From positions 39,354 to 103,353 of IMG/VR virus record IMGVR_UViG_3300032291_001296: a DNA stretch of 64,000 nucleotides; one strand, given 5' to 3'. Under the pieces are notes generated by a model. The model was not told where the DNA came from, did no database searches, and saw only the letters and a program-made list of their open reading frames with translations. The stretch comes from a virus. The position numbers and the translations under genes are program-made. How positions within the stretch are numbered: position 1 is the first letter of the stretch; each line of letters opens with the position of its first letter. Shown one piece after another: positions 49,792 through 59,155 of the stretch.

Positions 49792-52377
49792 TTAACCTTT
49801 TTTGTTATTTCTGCCCTTAGCATTCTCTTTAGCAACAGCTAAATCATTTGCCATATTCTCTCTAGCCACTTTGATTTTTTCTTTCTCTATAGCCATTTTA
49901 TCAGCAGATTGTCTATTCTTATTTTGTAGATCAGCCATCTTTAAACTATAGTCTTTAGCAGCTTTATCTTGGTCATTACTTAATCTACTCATTTCTAGTA
50001 CATCAGGAACCTCATTAGCATTAACATCTTCACTTTCCACTTTACCATAACCTGTAGCTTGAATGATGGCAATCTTCTCTTTAGATAATCTATCAAGTTC
50101 TTTTTGGTAATCATCATGAGCCATTTGTTCTTGATGTTGTTGAATAGCAAACTGTTGTGCTGCTTGAGCTTGTTGCTCTTGAGCTTGCTGTTGTTTCTGA
50201 GCAAGCTCTTGTTGCTGTTGTTGTTGAGACATTTGTTGATCTCTAAGATCTTTGAAGACTTTCTTCATTTCTCTCATAGACTTAGTGCTATACAATTCTA
50301 TTACATCATAAAGCGTGCCACCATTTTGAATAATAGCTTGAGAAAGTTGTCTAAGTTCATTAAACATCTGAGTATCTTCAGGTCTGTTAGTTAAGAACAC
50401 TTTCAAATCACGTAATGAAAGGTCTGTTCCATTCACTTGTACAAATGCAGATTCTCCTTCATCTGTTATATATGATAATGTACTTTCTGGTTTACTACTC
50501 TCTATATATAATGATGCATCAACTATACCTTGATACAATTGTCCTAATACATACTCGTGAGCTATAAATAAAGGCTCTGTTTGAGAATAACTTTGTTGCA
50601 TAGCTGTGTTAGTACCTGTAGCACTTTCAGAGGCAGATATAGACCCCATACGCTGTCTAGACATACCTACAAGCTCCCAACACTCAGCTTTAAGTTGTTG
50701 AGCTAATGTATATCTTGCTTGTATCTCTTGTGTTCTAGTAAGATCTAGAGATGTAAATTGATTGAATGAACTAGGTGCTTTTAAGTTCTCTGGAGAGTCA
50801 TCAATAAATACCACTCCTCTATTACGTGCTTCCATTTCCCAAATATCAAGAGCATCTTGTGCATCTCCATCTTTAGGAATAGGTACATGTCTTAATGACA
50901 TAAGTTGAACCTTACCTACTTCTTTCTCTAGAAGTTTGTACAATTGGTTCATACATACATTATATAACACTTGGAAAGGTTTCATTAAGTCTACTAGAGA
51001 TTTAGCCTCTGTATTCTTAACTTCGTATGTTGTTCCTATAATAGGACAATAATTTAATAACTTAAATGGTTTAATATGATAGATATCTGGACCAATCTTA
51101 GTTCCTTGATACCATTGGTTAATCCATCCCCACTCTAACGATTGTTGTGAAGGCATAGTTCCTGATTTGTAATTCTCATCAACTAGCACTGATTGTTCAT
51201 TACCAAACTCATCTAAATAGATTAATTTACCAATTTTCTTTTTAGAGATCCAATAACTTCTAACAACAACATACTTATATCCAAAGCTACTAACATTATT
51301 AGTTAATCCTAAGAAGTCTTTAAGTCCATCATTGTTCTCTTTCATCTCAGACTCAATAATCATTCTTGTTTGTAATACTAATGGATCGTATGTGTCATAC
51401 ATTACAGAGTCTTGTCCAGGAATAGCATCTGGATTACCTAAGTTTGATTCACGTACATTAATTAATCCATAGTCTTGTAACGATGAGCGTAAGTGATCAA
51501 TCTCCTCTTTCGTAAGATCTGGTATGCTTTCAATGATCTCTGATAGCTCCATAACCTGTACTGTCCCTGCAGCATAAGCTCCTTGAGCTCTTCCTGTCGG
51601 ATCTGATATAAATTTTCTATCAGGAGTAGTGAGAAACCAAGTGTTCTTTGGGTTAGCCACTTCAATGTTAAATCCAAGTTTTGAGTTGTCTTCATATATA
51701 TGATAAAATTCTCTTCCTGAAATGCAAAGATCTCTAAAAGCATCTTCGCTTTTTTCTTTCATATTGAACTCAGCTTTATTGCATGTAAGAACATGATTAC
51801 CCCATTTCTCAGCAACAGATGTATAGCTATCTAGCTGATCCTTAACTTGTTCCATTGTCATTTCTTGCAATTGCTCAGGATCAATTTCTTCTCCTGCCAT
51901 AATAGATTTTAGAGCAAGTTGTTTTTGCACTTGACTGATTACATACTGTTGTAATGTATCTGTCTTGAATTGCAACTCTTCTGCTTTACTATCATCATCA
52001 AAAGCTTTCACTCTAAATGTATCTGGACGTTTAGATATTTCTCCTACTAACTCATTTACAGGAGTGGTAATAATAGAATACATTTTTACATATGCAGGAA
52101 GTTCTAGATCTGCTGTAAGTATGTCTGTAAAACTTCTTACCTCTGGTTCTTGGTAGAAATCCTCCATACGTAAGATTCCTTTCATAAGATCATAATTCTT
52201 AACAAATGTATCTCTGTTCTTTACATACTCAGCATAAGCTTTGTTTGCAAAATAGTCCATCGTATTCTTGATCCAGCTTTCATCTTCTTTTTCTTTCTCT
52301 GTTTTAAACTGATCAGGGAAGATGTTTAAGTATGCATACCTAATAGTAGCATCTTTGGTATATCTAATTATTGCCAT
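49792..52377 (-). CDS. Portal protein, 861 aa
   Basis: YSIITTPVNELVGEISKRP, WINQWYQGTKIG, SLVDLMKPFQVLYN, GMSRQRMG and a Gln-rich C-terminal coil. Follows terminase. Confidence 0.9.
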   Translation of the reverse strand: MAIIRYTKDATIRYAYLNIFPDQFKTEKEKEDESWIKNTMDYFANKAYAEYVKNRDTFVKNYDLMKGILRMEDFYQEPEVRSFTDILTADLELPAYVKMYSIITTPVNELVGEISKRPDTFRVKAFDDDSKAEELQFKTDTLQQYVISQVQKQLALKSIMAGEEIDPEQLQEMTMEQVKDQLDSYTSVAEKWGNHVLTCNKAEFNMKEKSEDAFRDLCISGREFYHIYEDNSKLGFNIEVANPKNTWFLTTPDRKFISDPTGRAQGAYAAGTVQVMELSEIIESIPDLTKEEIDHLRSSLQDYGLINVRESNLGNPDAIPGQDSVMYDTYDPLVLQTRMIIESEMKENNDGLKDFLGLTNNVSSFGYKYVVVRSYWISKKKIGKLIYLDEFGNEQSVLVDENYKSGTMPSQQSLEWGWINQWYQGTKIGPDIYHIKPFKLLNYCPIIGTTYEVKNTEAKSLVDLMKPFQVLYNVCMNQLYKLLEKEVGKVQLMSLRHVPIPKDGDAQDALDIWEMEARNRGVVFIDDSPENLKAPSSFNQFTSLDLTRTQEIQARYTLAQQLKAECWELVGMSRQRMGSISASESATGTNTAMQQSYSQTEPLFIAHEYVLGQLYQGIVDASLYIESSKPESTLSYITDEGESAFVQVNGTDLSLRDLKVFLTNRPEDTQMFNELRQLSQAIIQNGGTLYDVIELYSTKSMREMKKVFKDLRDQQMSQQQQQQELAQKQQQAQEQQAQAAQQFAIQQHQEQMAHDDYQKELDRLSKEKIAIIQATGYGKVESEDVNANEVPDVLEMSRLSNDQDKAAKDYSLKMADLQNKNRQSADKMAIEKEKIKVARENMANDLAVAKENAKGRNNKKG

Positions 52378-52529
52378 TTAACTATTTTTTTAAATCTGTT
52401 AATTATTTTTTGAAGAAGAGTTTCTGTATATAAAAAATTATACACATCTTTTGAACCATGCTTCTGTTGAAATTCTCTATCTAACATAGATGGATCATCT
52501 TCATTTAAAAAATCATCTATAATTGCCAT
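52368..52529 (-). CDS. Small hypothetical protein, 53 aa
   Basis: Hand translation gives MAIIDDFLNEDDPSMLDREFQQKHGSKDVYNFLYTETLLQKIINRFKKIVKWQ*. Its start overlaps the terminase stop (TAATG) and its end overlaps the portal start. Confidence 0.55.
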   Translation of the reverse strand: MAIIDDFLNEDDPSMLDREFQQKHGSKDVYNFLYTETLLQKIINRFKKIVKWQ

Positions 52530-54550
52530 TATCTAAACAATTTATTTTTTGGTGTGTTAAACATTGTTCTGCTTTCTGTAAACAGAGTATTTTTTTTGTT
52601 CTTTGTGAACATTGATTTGATCCTTACATCTTGTTCTCCTCCTATTTTACCCATTACAGGATCTAACTTCATAGCTAATGCCACAGCTAATTCTGCAGCA
52701 ATAATACGGTCAAAGTTACCTTGCTCATTATACTGTATCATTTCTTCTAATAATACAGGATCAAATATCTTTGACATTCCTTTTATTTCTGATATGATGT
52801 TTCCATCATCATCTTTCTCTACATGTATAGCTTCTTCTGTATACTTCTTAAGACATCCATGTAAGAAGTCTCGTATTTTCTCAGATGATCTATGTATTCC
52901 ATAATCCCTTCTAACTGTGGTGTTTGGAACTATTTCTTTCAACCAATCAGGTTGTTTCTCTAGGTAATGTGCATCTCCTTTAGCTATCATATAGTCTATA
53001 AAAGAGATCTCATCATTCTCACATAGAGCTCTAGCATTATAATACTTAATAAGATAGCGAGCTTGCTCTTCCCATGTTTCTTTTTTATCTGGTCTAGCAC
53101 AATAGCTAGCTACAAACATATCCTGATACTTCTCTCCAGAAATAGCATGCATACGTTTGTATATATAGACAGATCCTAATGAGCTTGAGTATGCAGACTT
53201 ACCTTGTCTATAAGGGTCAATCCCTGCAACATATAATCCATATGGAGGAGCTTCAATTGGAAACTCATATATCACTACAGGAGCATCTTTTGCATCTGTA
53301 TTTTTCAATGGAAAATTTGATATAGGAAGCTTATCTGTAAACTCATGTTTCACTCCATTACCATCATCATATAAAACAACAGGTGTTCCTGTTCTCTCTT
53401 GAGCTAATAGTCTGGTTTTCTGACGTTTAGCTGCTTCAATATCAAATATGTTTGTATCTTCATTCAAGAATATGTCATCCACTTCTTGTGGATAGTACAT
53501 CTTCTCTTTTAGATAGGCCATTCTATCTCCAGCTTTTTTAAGCTTTTCTAGATTGTTATTGGTAATCTCTGTAGCTTTCTCTTCATTAGACACCATCATC
53601 TTCACTTGGTATAATGAAGAACCTGCTGGTTTCTCTAAGAATGCACCTAAAGAACTTTCTTCTTTAGCTTCCATTCTATACTTATGTGATATAAACAATC
53701 CATGCACTCTCTTATCATCCTTTGCATTATTGTATTCTAGGAAGTTGAAGTTCTCAACATCGAACATTAAGCTCTTTGCATCCATGAACATCTTCATATC
53801 TCCACCTGTACCAGTCAGAATAGGACTACATCCCCAACCAAATGGTGTTGTAAAACCAGGAATAGCAGCTTGTAATCCACGTAAGAATGATCCCTTACCT
53901 ATCTCATCAATGATTAGCCTTCTAGGTTTTGTACCTGCAATAGCCTCTTCATTGTTACCACCATCTAAGTTTCTTATAAGAATCTGAGAGAAGGGTATTC
54001 TCTCTCCTGACTTAGTTTTAATACCTAATGTAACTTGGTTCTTCCAGTTATCCTCTACCCTCTGCCATCTCCAAGCTTTAGGTAGGAAGTTTAATCCTTT
54101 GTCAATCTTATCTGTAATCAGCTTTATATCGGGAGCATTCAGCCCTGCAATAATGTTCTGACTATTCTCATCAAATGTAGCTCCTTGACCTATGTAGGAG
54201 GCCTCTATTACAGACTTAGCGAAACGTCTAATACCAAGTATTACCAATCCTTTTTTCTCTCTGTGTGCTCTGTCTATTTCGTTTGTAACCAACCATTCAT
54301 TATCACGAAGAAGTGGATTAGCATACTTCTGGTTGATACGTCCATATTCATCAAGAACATCCACCTCTGTATGCCATATATTTAAGTGCCAATATAGAAA
54401 TGGATTTATGTATTGTCCATCCATCATAGCTCCATTCATACAAAGTTCTTTATGGAAATTAAAGAACGCTTTGTATTCATCAGACATTTCATCTGGAATA
54501 CGCTTTTGATTTAAGAACCAATCTTTATATTCTATATTATGTAAATTCAT
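52529..54550 (-). CDS. terL: Terminase large subunit, 673 aa
   Basis: Walker A-like GIRRFAKS, Walker B LIIDEIGK, coupling TGTGG, nuclease YVAGIDPY and C-terminal GNFDRI. Confidence 0.93.
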   Translation of the reverse strand: MNLHNIEYKDWFLNQKRIPDEMSDEYKAFFNFHKELCMNGAMMDGQYINPFLYWHLNIWHTEVDVLDEYGRINQKYANPLLRDNEWLVTNEIDRAHREKKGLVILGIRRFAKSVIEASYIGQGATFDENSQNIIAGLNAPDIKLITDKIDKGLNFLPKAWRWQRVEDNWKNQVTLGIKTKSGERIPFSQILIRNLDGGNNEEAIAGTKPRRLIIDEIGKGSFLRGLQAAIPGFTTPFGWGCSPILTGTGGDMKMFMDAKSLMFDVENFNFLEYNNAKDDKRVHGLFISHKYRMEAKEESSLGAFLEKPAGSSLYQVKMMVSNEEKATEITNNNLEKLKKAGDRMAYLKEKMYYPQEVDDIFLNEDTNIFDIEAAKRQKTRLLAQERTGTPVVLYDDGNGVKHEFTDKLPISNFPLKNTDAKDAPVVIYEFPIEAPPYGLYVAGIDPYRQGKSAYSSSLGSVYIYKRMHAISGEKYQDMFVASYCARPDKKETWEEQARYLIKYYNARALCENDEISFIDYMIAKGDAHYLEKQPDWLKEIVPNTTVRRDYGIHRSSEKIRDFLHGCLKKYTEEAIHVEKDDDGNIISEIKGMSKIFDPVLLEEMIQYNEQGNFDRIIAAELAVALAMKLDPVMGKIGGEQDVRIKSMFTKNKKNTLFTESRTMFNTPKNKLFR

Positions 54551-54882
54551 TATCCTCTACCTTTTAAAAATTCTTCTGCCATAGAACCTAGTTCCTGACC
54601 ACCACGTGTTTCAATCTTCTTAGCTTCTTCTTTCTCACGTAACTTGTCTACTTGCTCTAATAAGGCTAGGTAGTTTTTCATTGTTTCTTGTACAAACTTT
54701 CCTTGTGATTCAATAGAAGCTATCACCATAGGAAGCATTCCTCCTTTAGCTGTAGGCTTCCATTCTATTCTATCTTTCAATAGATGTAATGGGTTTGCAT
54801 CAACATATTCCTTCCATGAGGAAAGCTGTTGTTCTGCCCAATCAAGTTCTGCAGAAACATATGTATTCTTTTTTACTGCCAT
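54550..54882 (-). CDS. Hypothetical protein coupled to terminase (possible small terminase subunit), 110 aa
   Basis: Stop overlaps the terL start; helical with a C-terminal RGG. Function inferred from position only. Confidence 0.55.
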   Translation of the reverse strand: MAVKKNTYVSAELDWAEQQLSSWKEYVDANPLHLLKDRIEWKPTAKGGMLPMVIASIESQGKFVQETMKNYLALLEQVDKLREKEEAKKIETRGGQELGSMAEEFLKGRG

Positions 54883-54905
54883 TATGTAGTTAGTCTTTGT
54901 TATTA

Positions 54906-55181
54906 TTAATCTTCCTCTTCATCAAGGAACATCCTCTCCAAATTCATGCCATCTTTTATTATCTTATCTATCTCTTGATCATCTATATGATCTACATCCA
55001 TATTGAGCTCTATCTCATACTTCTGTAGGGCAAATAAGAATTCTTTATCAGTCACTCCCCATAAATCTACATATCCATCTAATGCAGTGGAAATATGCCT
55101 ACCTATATTATATGTAGGATGAGCCTTTTGTAAACGCTCTAGTGCCTTGATTATTTGGCGATAATAATTAGGTTGTTTCAT
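54906..55181 (-). CDS. Hypothetical protein, 91 aa
   Basis: ORF track; overlapping operon arrangement. Confidence 0.7.
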   Translation of the reverse strand: MKQPNYYRQIIKALERLQKAHPTYNIGRHISTALDGYVDLWGVTDKEFLFALQKYEIELNMDVDHIDDQEIDKIIKDGMNLERMFLDEEED

Positions 55182-55450
55182 ATCAAATCATTTATATCTT
55201 CATCAGAAAGACTTGTAGGTGGTTCAAGATCATCAGAGAAATCCATCTCTATCTCTTGCTCTAACTCCACTGTATCATCTTCATTATGATCTATCAAGTA
55301 TTCAGGTTTAACAGTGATCTTGATTGTGTCTCTAGGAGTTTCACTATCATCATCATTACTTCCTGATATATCTATATAATCAGCCCCATTATCAAACAGT
55401 TCTTGAAGAATTTCTATAATAGGCCCTAAAGGTATTTTACGTAACATCAT
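55178..55450 (-). CDS. Acidic hypothetical protein, 90 aa
   Basis: ORF track; overlapping operon arrangement. Confidence 0.7.
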   Translation of the reverse strand: MMLRKIPLGPIIEILQELFDNGADYIDISGSNDDDSETPRDTIKITVKPEYLIDHNEDDTVELEQEIEMDFSDDLEPPTSLSDEDINDLI

Positions 55451-55709
55451 CTGGAATAGGTTGAGGAAGCCATTTCTTTAATGGGCATTCACATGTTAAA
55501 CATTTTGTTTTTGCAGCTAATGTACATCCACAATTAGTGCAATGTGCATCACGTCTAAATGACGTATAATCTTTCTTATTAGAAGAATGCTCTTCACAAG
55601 CTTCACATATAGCCAATCTCTCTTGACTAACATGTTCTATAAAAGCTTTTGTTCTTTCCTCAGGTAGAAGATGATTCTTCCATCCCTCATATATTTGTCC
55701 CAGACTCAT
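55437..55709 (-). CDS. Small Cys-rich Zn-binding protein, 90 aa
   Basis: RLAICEAC...CTNCGC.L.AKT....CECPLKKW. Confidence 0.75.
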   Translation of the reverse strand: MSLGQIYEGWKNHLLPEERTKAFIEHVSQERLAICEACEEHSSNKKDYTSFRRDAHCTNCGCTLAAKTKCLTCECPLKKWLPQPIPDDVT

Positions 55710-56049
55710 TTATCTTTGGTTTTAAGGTTTTAATACTGGATTCAATGATTTGTAATTTTAGTTCTACAGAGTTTTTCTTTGTATCTGTAATGTTCTCATC
55801 TAATAACATGTTATCATATGCCTTCTGTATAGCCAACAACTTGTTATATTGTGTAAGAGCTTTCTTCTGGTTAAATAAAAACTTCCCAAATCCAGAGATC
55901 TCTACACTCTTATATATATTCACTGCATCATTAGCACTATCAAACTGATGTGTAATAACAGCATCAAGTGTCTTCTCTGATATCACCATACCAATAGACA
56001 TCCTCTTAATGATCCATTCTTTAACAGACATTGATGTTGGCTTATTCAT
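55687..56049 (-). CDS. HU/IHF-like DNA-binding protein, 120 aa
   Basis: SVEISGFGKF motif after an N-terminal helical pair. Confidence 0.7.
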   Translation of the reverse strand: MNKPTSMSVKEWIIKRMSIGMVISEKTLDAVITHQFDSANDAVNIYKSVEISGFGKFLFNQKKALTQYNKLLAIQKAYDNMLLDENITDTKKNSVELKLQIIESSIKTLKPKINESGTNI

Positions 56050-56395
56050 GTACTAGCTTTATTTCTAATGTTACATCATTCTTGAAATCAATGGAAATGA
56101 TAGGGTTCACCTTCACCTTACCATTCTCCTTGATGAATATACCTATTTTCTTAAGTTTGGAGATGATGTTGTTTATAGAAGGAGATGTACTATTATATGT
56201 TTTACAAAACTCCTCTCTTACATTAGCATATGTAATGTTTCCTTTAATAGCTGTAAAAGCTACTAACTGTATTTCTCTCTCTGTAAGATGAAGATTATTT
56301 ATAGCAGATAGAATGGAATAGTATTTCATGGCTAATTCCATGTCTGTAGGTACACCTTTCTTTAGTCTTTGTACTATAATCTTTGTTGGTTCCAT
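56042..56395 (-). CDS. RepL-like winged-HTH protein, 117 aa
   Basis: LTEREIQL...SINNIISKLKKIGIFIK...VNP pattern. Confidence 0.65.
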   Translation of the reverse strand: MEPTKIIVQRLKKGVPTDMELAMKYYSILSAINNLHLTEREIQLVAFTAIKGNITYANVREEFCKTYNSTSPSINNIISKLKKIGIFIKENGKVKVNPIISIDFKNDVTLEIKLVHE

Positions 56396-56419
56396 AATTT
56401 AGTTTTGACATTCTATGGA

Positions 56420-56450
56420 CAAAGATATATAATAAAAACTTACAATCAAC
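56420..56450 (-). promoter_or_regulatory. Bacteroidota sigma-A-type promoter for the leftward operon
   Basis: Minus strand GTTG (56450-56447), 19 nt spacer, TATCTTTG (56427-56420), upstream of the ATG at 56395. Confidence 0.6.
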
Positions 56451-56561
56451 ATATAAAGAAAAAAATATTTACATTCCTATGCTATATTATGAAAACAAAT
56501 ACATATATAGACATATAGAGAACAACATATAACCTCTATTAGAACAAACCCACCCACCCGC

Positions 56562-56594
56562 CAAAGGTAGAATATAATTCTTACATTCTCCAAA
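56562..56594 (-). promoter_or_regulatory. Second upstream sigma-A-type leftward promoter
   Basis: Minus strand TTTG (56594-56591), 21 nt spacer, TACCTTTG (56569-56562). Confidence 0.6.
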
Positions 56595-56739
56595 CTTTTT
56601 TAAAAAATTTTTTTTCCAACTACTACACCCCCCATGTGTGTGACAGTTTAGACCCATCCCAACAAGCTACCCCACCTATTTTCTAGCGGTTGGGGATAGC
56701 CCCCAATCATAATTAATAACCATTAAAAAAACAGAACAA

Positions 56740-57105
56740 ATGGAAAATTTAAATTTTGAAAGAGTAGGGACATTAGGTGACTTTGTAAAAGGAGCGGAAG
56801 AATTAGGTACTGATCCACTTAATTTAGCAGATGTTGAAAAACAAATTTACATTAAATTTAAAATTAAGGGTCAAAAGGAGACTGCTACAGCAATCTTATC
56901 TATGCCTATTAGCAAACTGCTACGCAGTAAAAGAATTGCTTTGGGTAATATCTTTGACTATCCAATGTCTAAAAGAGAAGACCAAGACAATGTTTATTCT
57001 ATCCACATGGAAGAAAGAGATATCGTTTGGACTAAACGTAACAAACTTACTGTTATGAAAATAACTAAAGTGGAAGTTACTGATGAAGAAACAATAGTGC
57101 TATAA
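56740..57105 (+). CDS. Hypothetical protein, first gene of the rightward unit, 121 aa
   Basis: ORF track; A-rich leader. Confidence 0.75.
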   Translation: MENLNFERVGTLGDFVKGAEELGTDPLNLADVEKQIYIKFKIKGQKETATAILSMPISKLLRSKRIALGNIFDYPMSKREDQDNVYSIHMEERDIVWTKRNKLTVMKITKVEVTDEETIVL

Positions 57106-57329
57106 GCACTATTGGTTTCTCATATATAGGGTGGGAAAGAACAGGGCTGGGTATAAAAACCCGAACTAATAACAACTCTCACCTTATATATATGTATAAA
57201 AACTTTTTTTCTCTATATATAGAAAACTTTTTGTGCATGTAATGAAAAGAGTGTGGGTACATACACACTATAATAAGTGCTAAACAACAAACAACAAACA
57301 TCACTAGATAACAGAATATATATAGCATT

Positions 57330-57461
57330 ATGAATGTAGAACTAACCAAAGAAGAGATACAAGAGTTATTATATACTTTTATTGTATATATATTTGAATC
57401 AGGTAATGAATCAGAAAACATCTTATTACTTAGAGATAAACTTTCTTCTTATATAGAATAA
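57330..57461 (+). CDS. Small hypothetical protein, 43 aa
   Basis: Hand translation gives MNVELTKEEIQELLYTFIVYIFESGNESENILLLRDKLSSYIE*. Confidence 0.5.
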   Translation: MNVELTKEEIQELLYTFIVYIFESGNESENILLLRDKLSSYIE

Positions 57462-57693
57462 CAATCATTAGCTCTTCAACGGGCTTAACAATCTCCCCTG
57501 AATAAAAAACTCAATAACCTTCCAAGATGTTGAGGACACCAGTTTCTTTGATAGAAAACTAATCACCATTTTATATTTAAGTCTTAAGACCAGTGATGAG
57601 CTGTATATATTATGTTTATTCAATATAAAGAGAAGGATTAGACTCTCTTGATATATCAAAGTTTTAGGTGTAAAACACAAACAATTAATAACT

Positions 57694-57984
57694 ATGAAAA
57701 TATATACAGCACATTGGAAAGAATACACAGATGATTATTATGCTCCTCACAATAGAAGAATGTTTCTATATAGAGAAGATGCAGATAAGTTCTTAGACAA
57801 TCTAATTAACTATGAAGGCATAGATAGTAGATATTACATACTAGAAGAAACTGTCTTTGATCAATATTCTCCTATAAATCATATAATGGAGAGTGATTGG
57901 GAATGTGAACATGGTACATTACATGGCTATAATGAAGCTTGTCATTGTGATGATTATCCTTGTGATATAATAAACGAATTTTAA
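57694..57984 (+). CDS. Hypothetical protein with Cys/His-rich C-terminus, 96 aa
   Basis: ORF track; CEHG..CHCDDYPC. Confidence 0.7.
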   Translation: MKIYTAHWKEYTDDYYAPHNRRMFLYREDADKFLDNLINYEGIDSRYYILEETVFDQYSPINHIMESDWECEHGTLHGYNEACHCDDYPCDIINEF

Positions 57985-57987
57985 AAC

Positions 57988-57998
57988 TCCTTAATAAC
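57988..57998 (+). promoter_or_regulatory. TCCTTAATAAC pre-start motif (further copies at 58278, 59725, 60527, 63967)
   Basis: The same 10-11-mer begins 18, 18, 18, 24 and 19 nt upstream of ATGs at 58006, 58296, 59743, 60551 and 63986. Confidence 0.7.
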
Positions 57999-58005
57999 AA
58001 ATAAC

Positions 58006-58284
58006 ATGAGCAATTTATTAAACGGTGCACCTCTGTATTATCCAAGTGCAAAAGAATGGATGTGGAACTATTGCATCTATTTAGGTCCATTCACTGATGA
58101 TGAAGGAGATAACTATGATCTTGGATTAGTAATCTTTCAAGATGGTGATATATCTAATGCTACAGTGTATGGTGATACACCTGGAAACTATTTATCTGGT
58201 TCATTATATCCAAGAGTTGATTTTGATAATGAAATCACTCAGGAAGTGATACGTAGAGCAAAAGAATTAAAACTAATTCCTTAA
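58006..58284 (+). CDS. Hypothetical protein, 92 aa
   Basis: ORF track; preceded by the TCCTTAATAAC motif. Confidence 0.75.
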   Translation: MSNLLNGAPLYYPSAKEWMWNYCIYLGPFTDDEGDNYDLGLVIFQDGDISNATVYGDTPGNYLSGSLYPRVDFDNEITQEVIRRAKELKLIP

Positions 58285-58295
58285 TAACAAACACT

Positions 58296-58688
58296 ATGAA
58301 AGAAACATTTATCAGTACTGTAGCGTACGCTGAAGATTTTAAAACAATTGGTAGAACTGGTTGGGGTTGTGGATATGTACATATTCCTAAAGAACATCCA
58401 ATATTAGTTAAACTAATAGGTAATGAAGGTTGGGGAGATTATCTACAACCTGATGATTGTCCTGAAGAGATAACATACTCTCGATGGGACAAAGAGGACG
58501 AGTATTATGTAATAGGTTTTGATACAGCTCATTCATATAACAATGATTCACATGATGAAGCATATGTTACAGAACAAGCTAATGCTATCAAACTATTAGT
58601 TGATGCTTATACAGCTGAAGATGCAAGTCAATATGCTGGTGAACAAGTAAGTTTAGTTATAAACAAATATTCTAAATATATATTATAA
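58296..58688 (+). CDS. Hypothetical phage protein, 130 aa
   Basis: GWGCGYVHIP..HP and IGFDTAH motifs, seen in many small phage proteins; preceded by the motif. Confidence 0.75.
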   Translation: MKETFISTVAYAEDFKTIGRTGWGCGYVHIPKEHPILVKLIGNEGWGDYLQPDDCPEEITYSRWDKEDEYYVIGFDTAHSYNNDSHDEAYVTEQANAIKLLVDAYTAEDASQYAGEQVSLVINKYSKYIL

Positions 58689-58879
58689 TGAGAACAGAAG
58701 AAATTCAACAACGGTTACAAGATATCAGAATGGAGATACATTCATTGGATAGTCTTAAAGAATGTAATGATGATGTAAACATACACATCATTGAAGAACG
58801 CATTAATGAGTTACAACAAGAGAAGTATAACCTTCAAGACCTATTAGATAGTTGTTTTGATCAAATCATTGGATTATGA
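58688..58879 (+). CDS. Small coiled-coil protein, 63 aa
   Basis: ORF track; start overlaps the upstream stop. Confidence 0.7.
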   Translation: MRTEEIQQRLQDIRMEIHSLDSLKECNDDVNIHIIEERINELQQEKYNLQDLLDSCFDQIIGL

Positions 58880-59040
58880 GAAATTTGTTAATTGTACTAT
58901 TAGGTATGCAAATAGCTTTAATAGGTTGGGGTGTATATGATATTATAATAGGTCATTTATCTAATGGACTATTTCACATCATATTAAACTTTTTAGCTGG
59001 TCTATTGAATATAAGAACCATTAAACAGATGAACAGATGA
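58876..59040 (+). CDS. Small membrane protein, 54 aa
   Basis: MRNLLIVLLGMQIALIGWGVYDIIIGHLSNGLFHIILNFLAGLLNIRTIKQMNR*; ATGA overlap. Confidence 0.6.
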   Translation: MRNLLIVLLGMQIALIGWGVYDIIIGHLSNGLFHIILNFLAGLLNIRTIKQMNR

Positions 59041-59150
59041 TAACATTATGCGTGATGCCAAACTTAGTTGGCTCAACAGGAGATAAAATCAAGGCACTAA
59101 TAGTGTGCCTTGTTTTAGATAGTATTTACATTGTCCCATTTTTAATCTAA
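59037..59150 (+). CDS. Small hydrophobic protein, 37 aa
   Basis: MITLCVMPNLVGSTGDKIKALIVCLVLDSIYIVPFLI*; ATGA overlap. Confidence 0.5.
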   Translation: MITLCVMPNLVGSTGDKIKALIVCLVLDSIYIVPFLI

Positions 59151-59155
59151 ACATT

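Noticed and set aside
50120-50240. Gln-rich repeat in the portal gene
   Set aside because: An ordinary C-terminal coiled-coil barrel of podophage-type portals.
46794-54550. Introns or inteins in MCP, portal or terminase
   Set aside because: The ORFs are continuous and of ordinary size, with no intein or homing-endonuclease motifs seen.
235-56291. Many short plus-strand ORFs in the track, including poly-Val ORFs at 39196-41086
   Set aside because: They are antisense shadows of long minus-strand genes; the poly-Val ORFs are the reverse reading of Thr codons.
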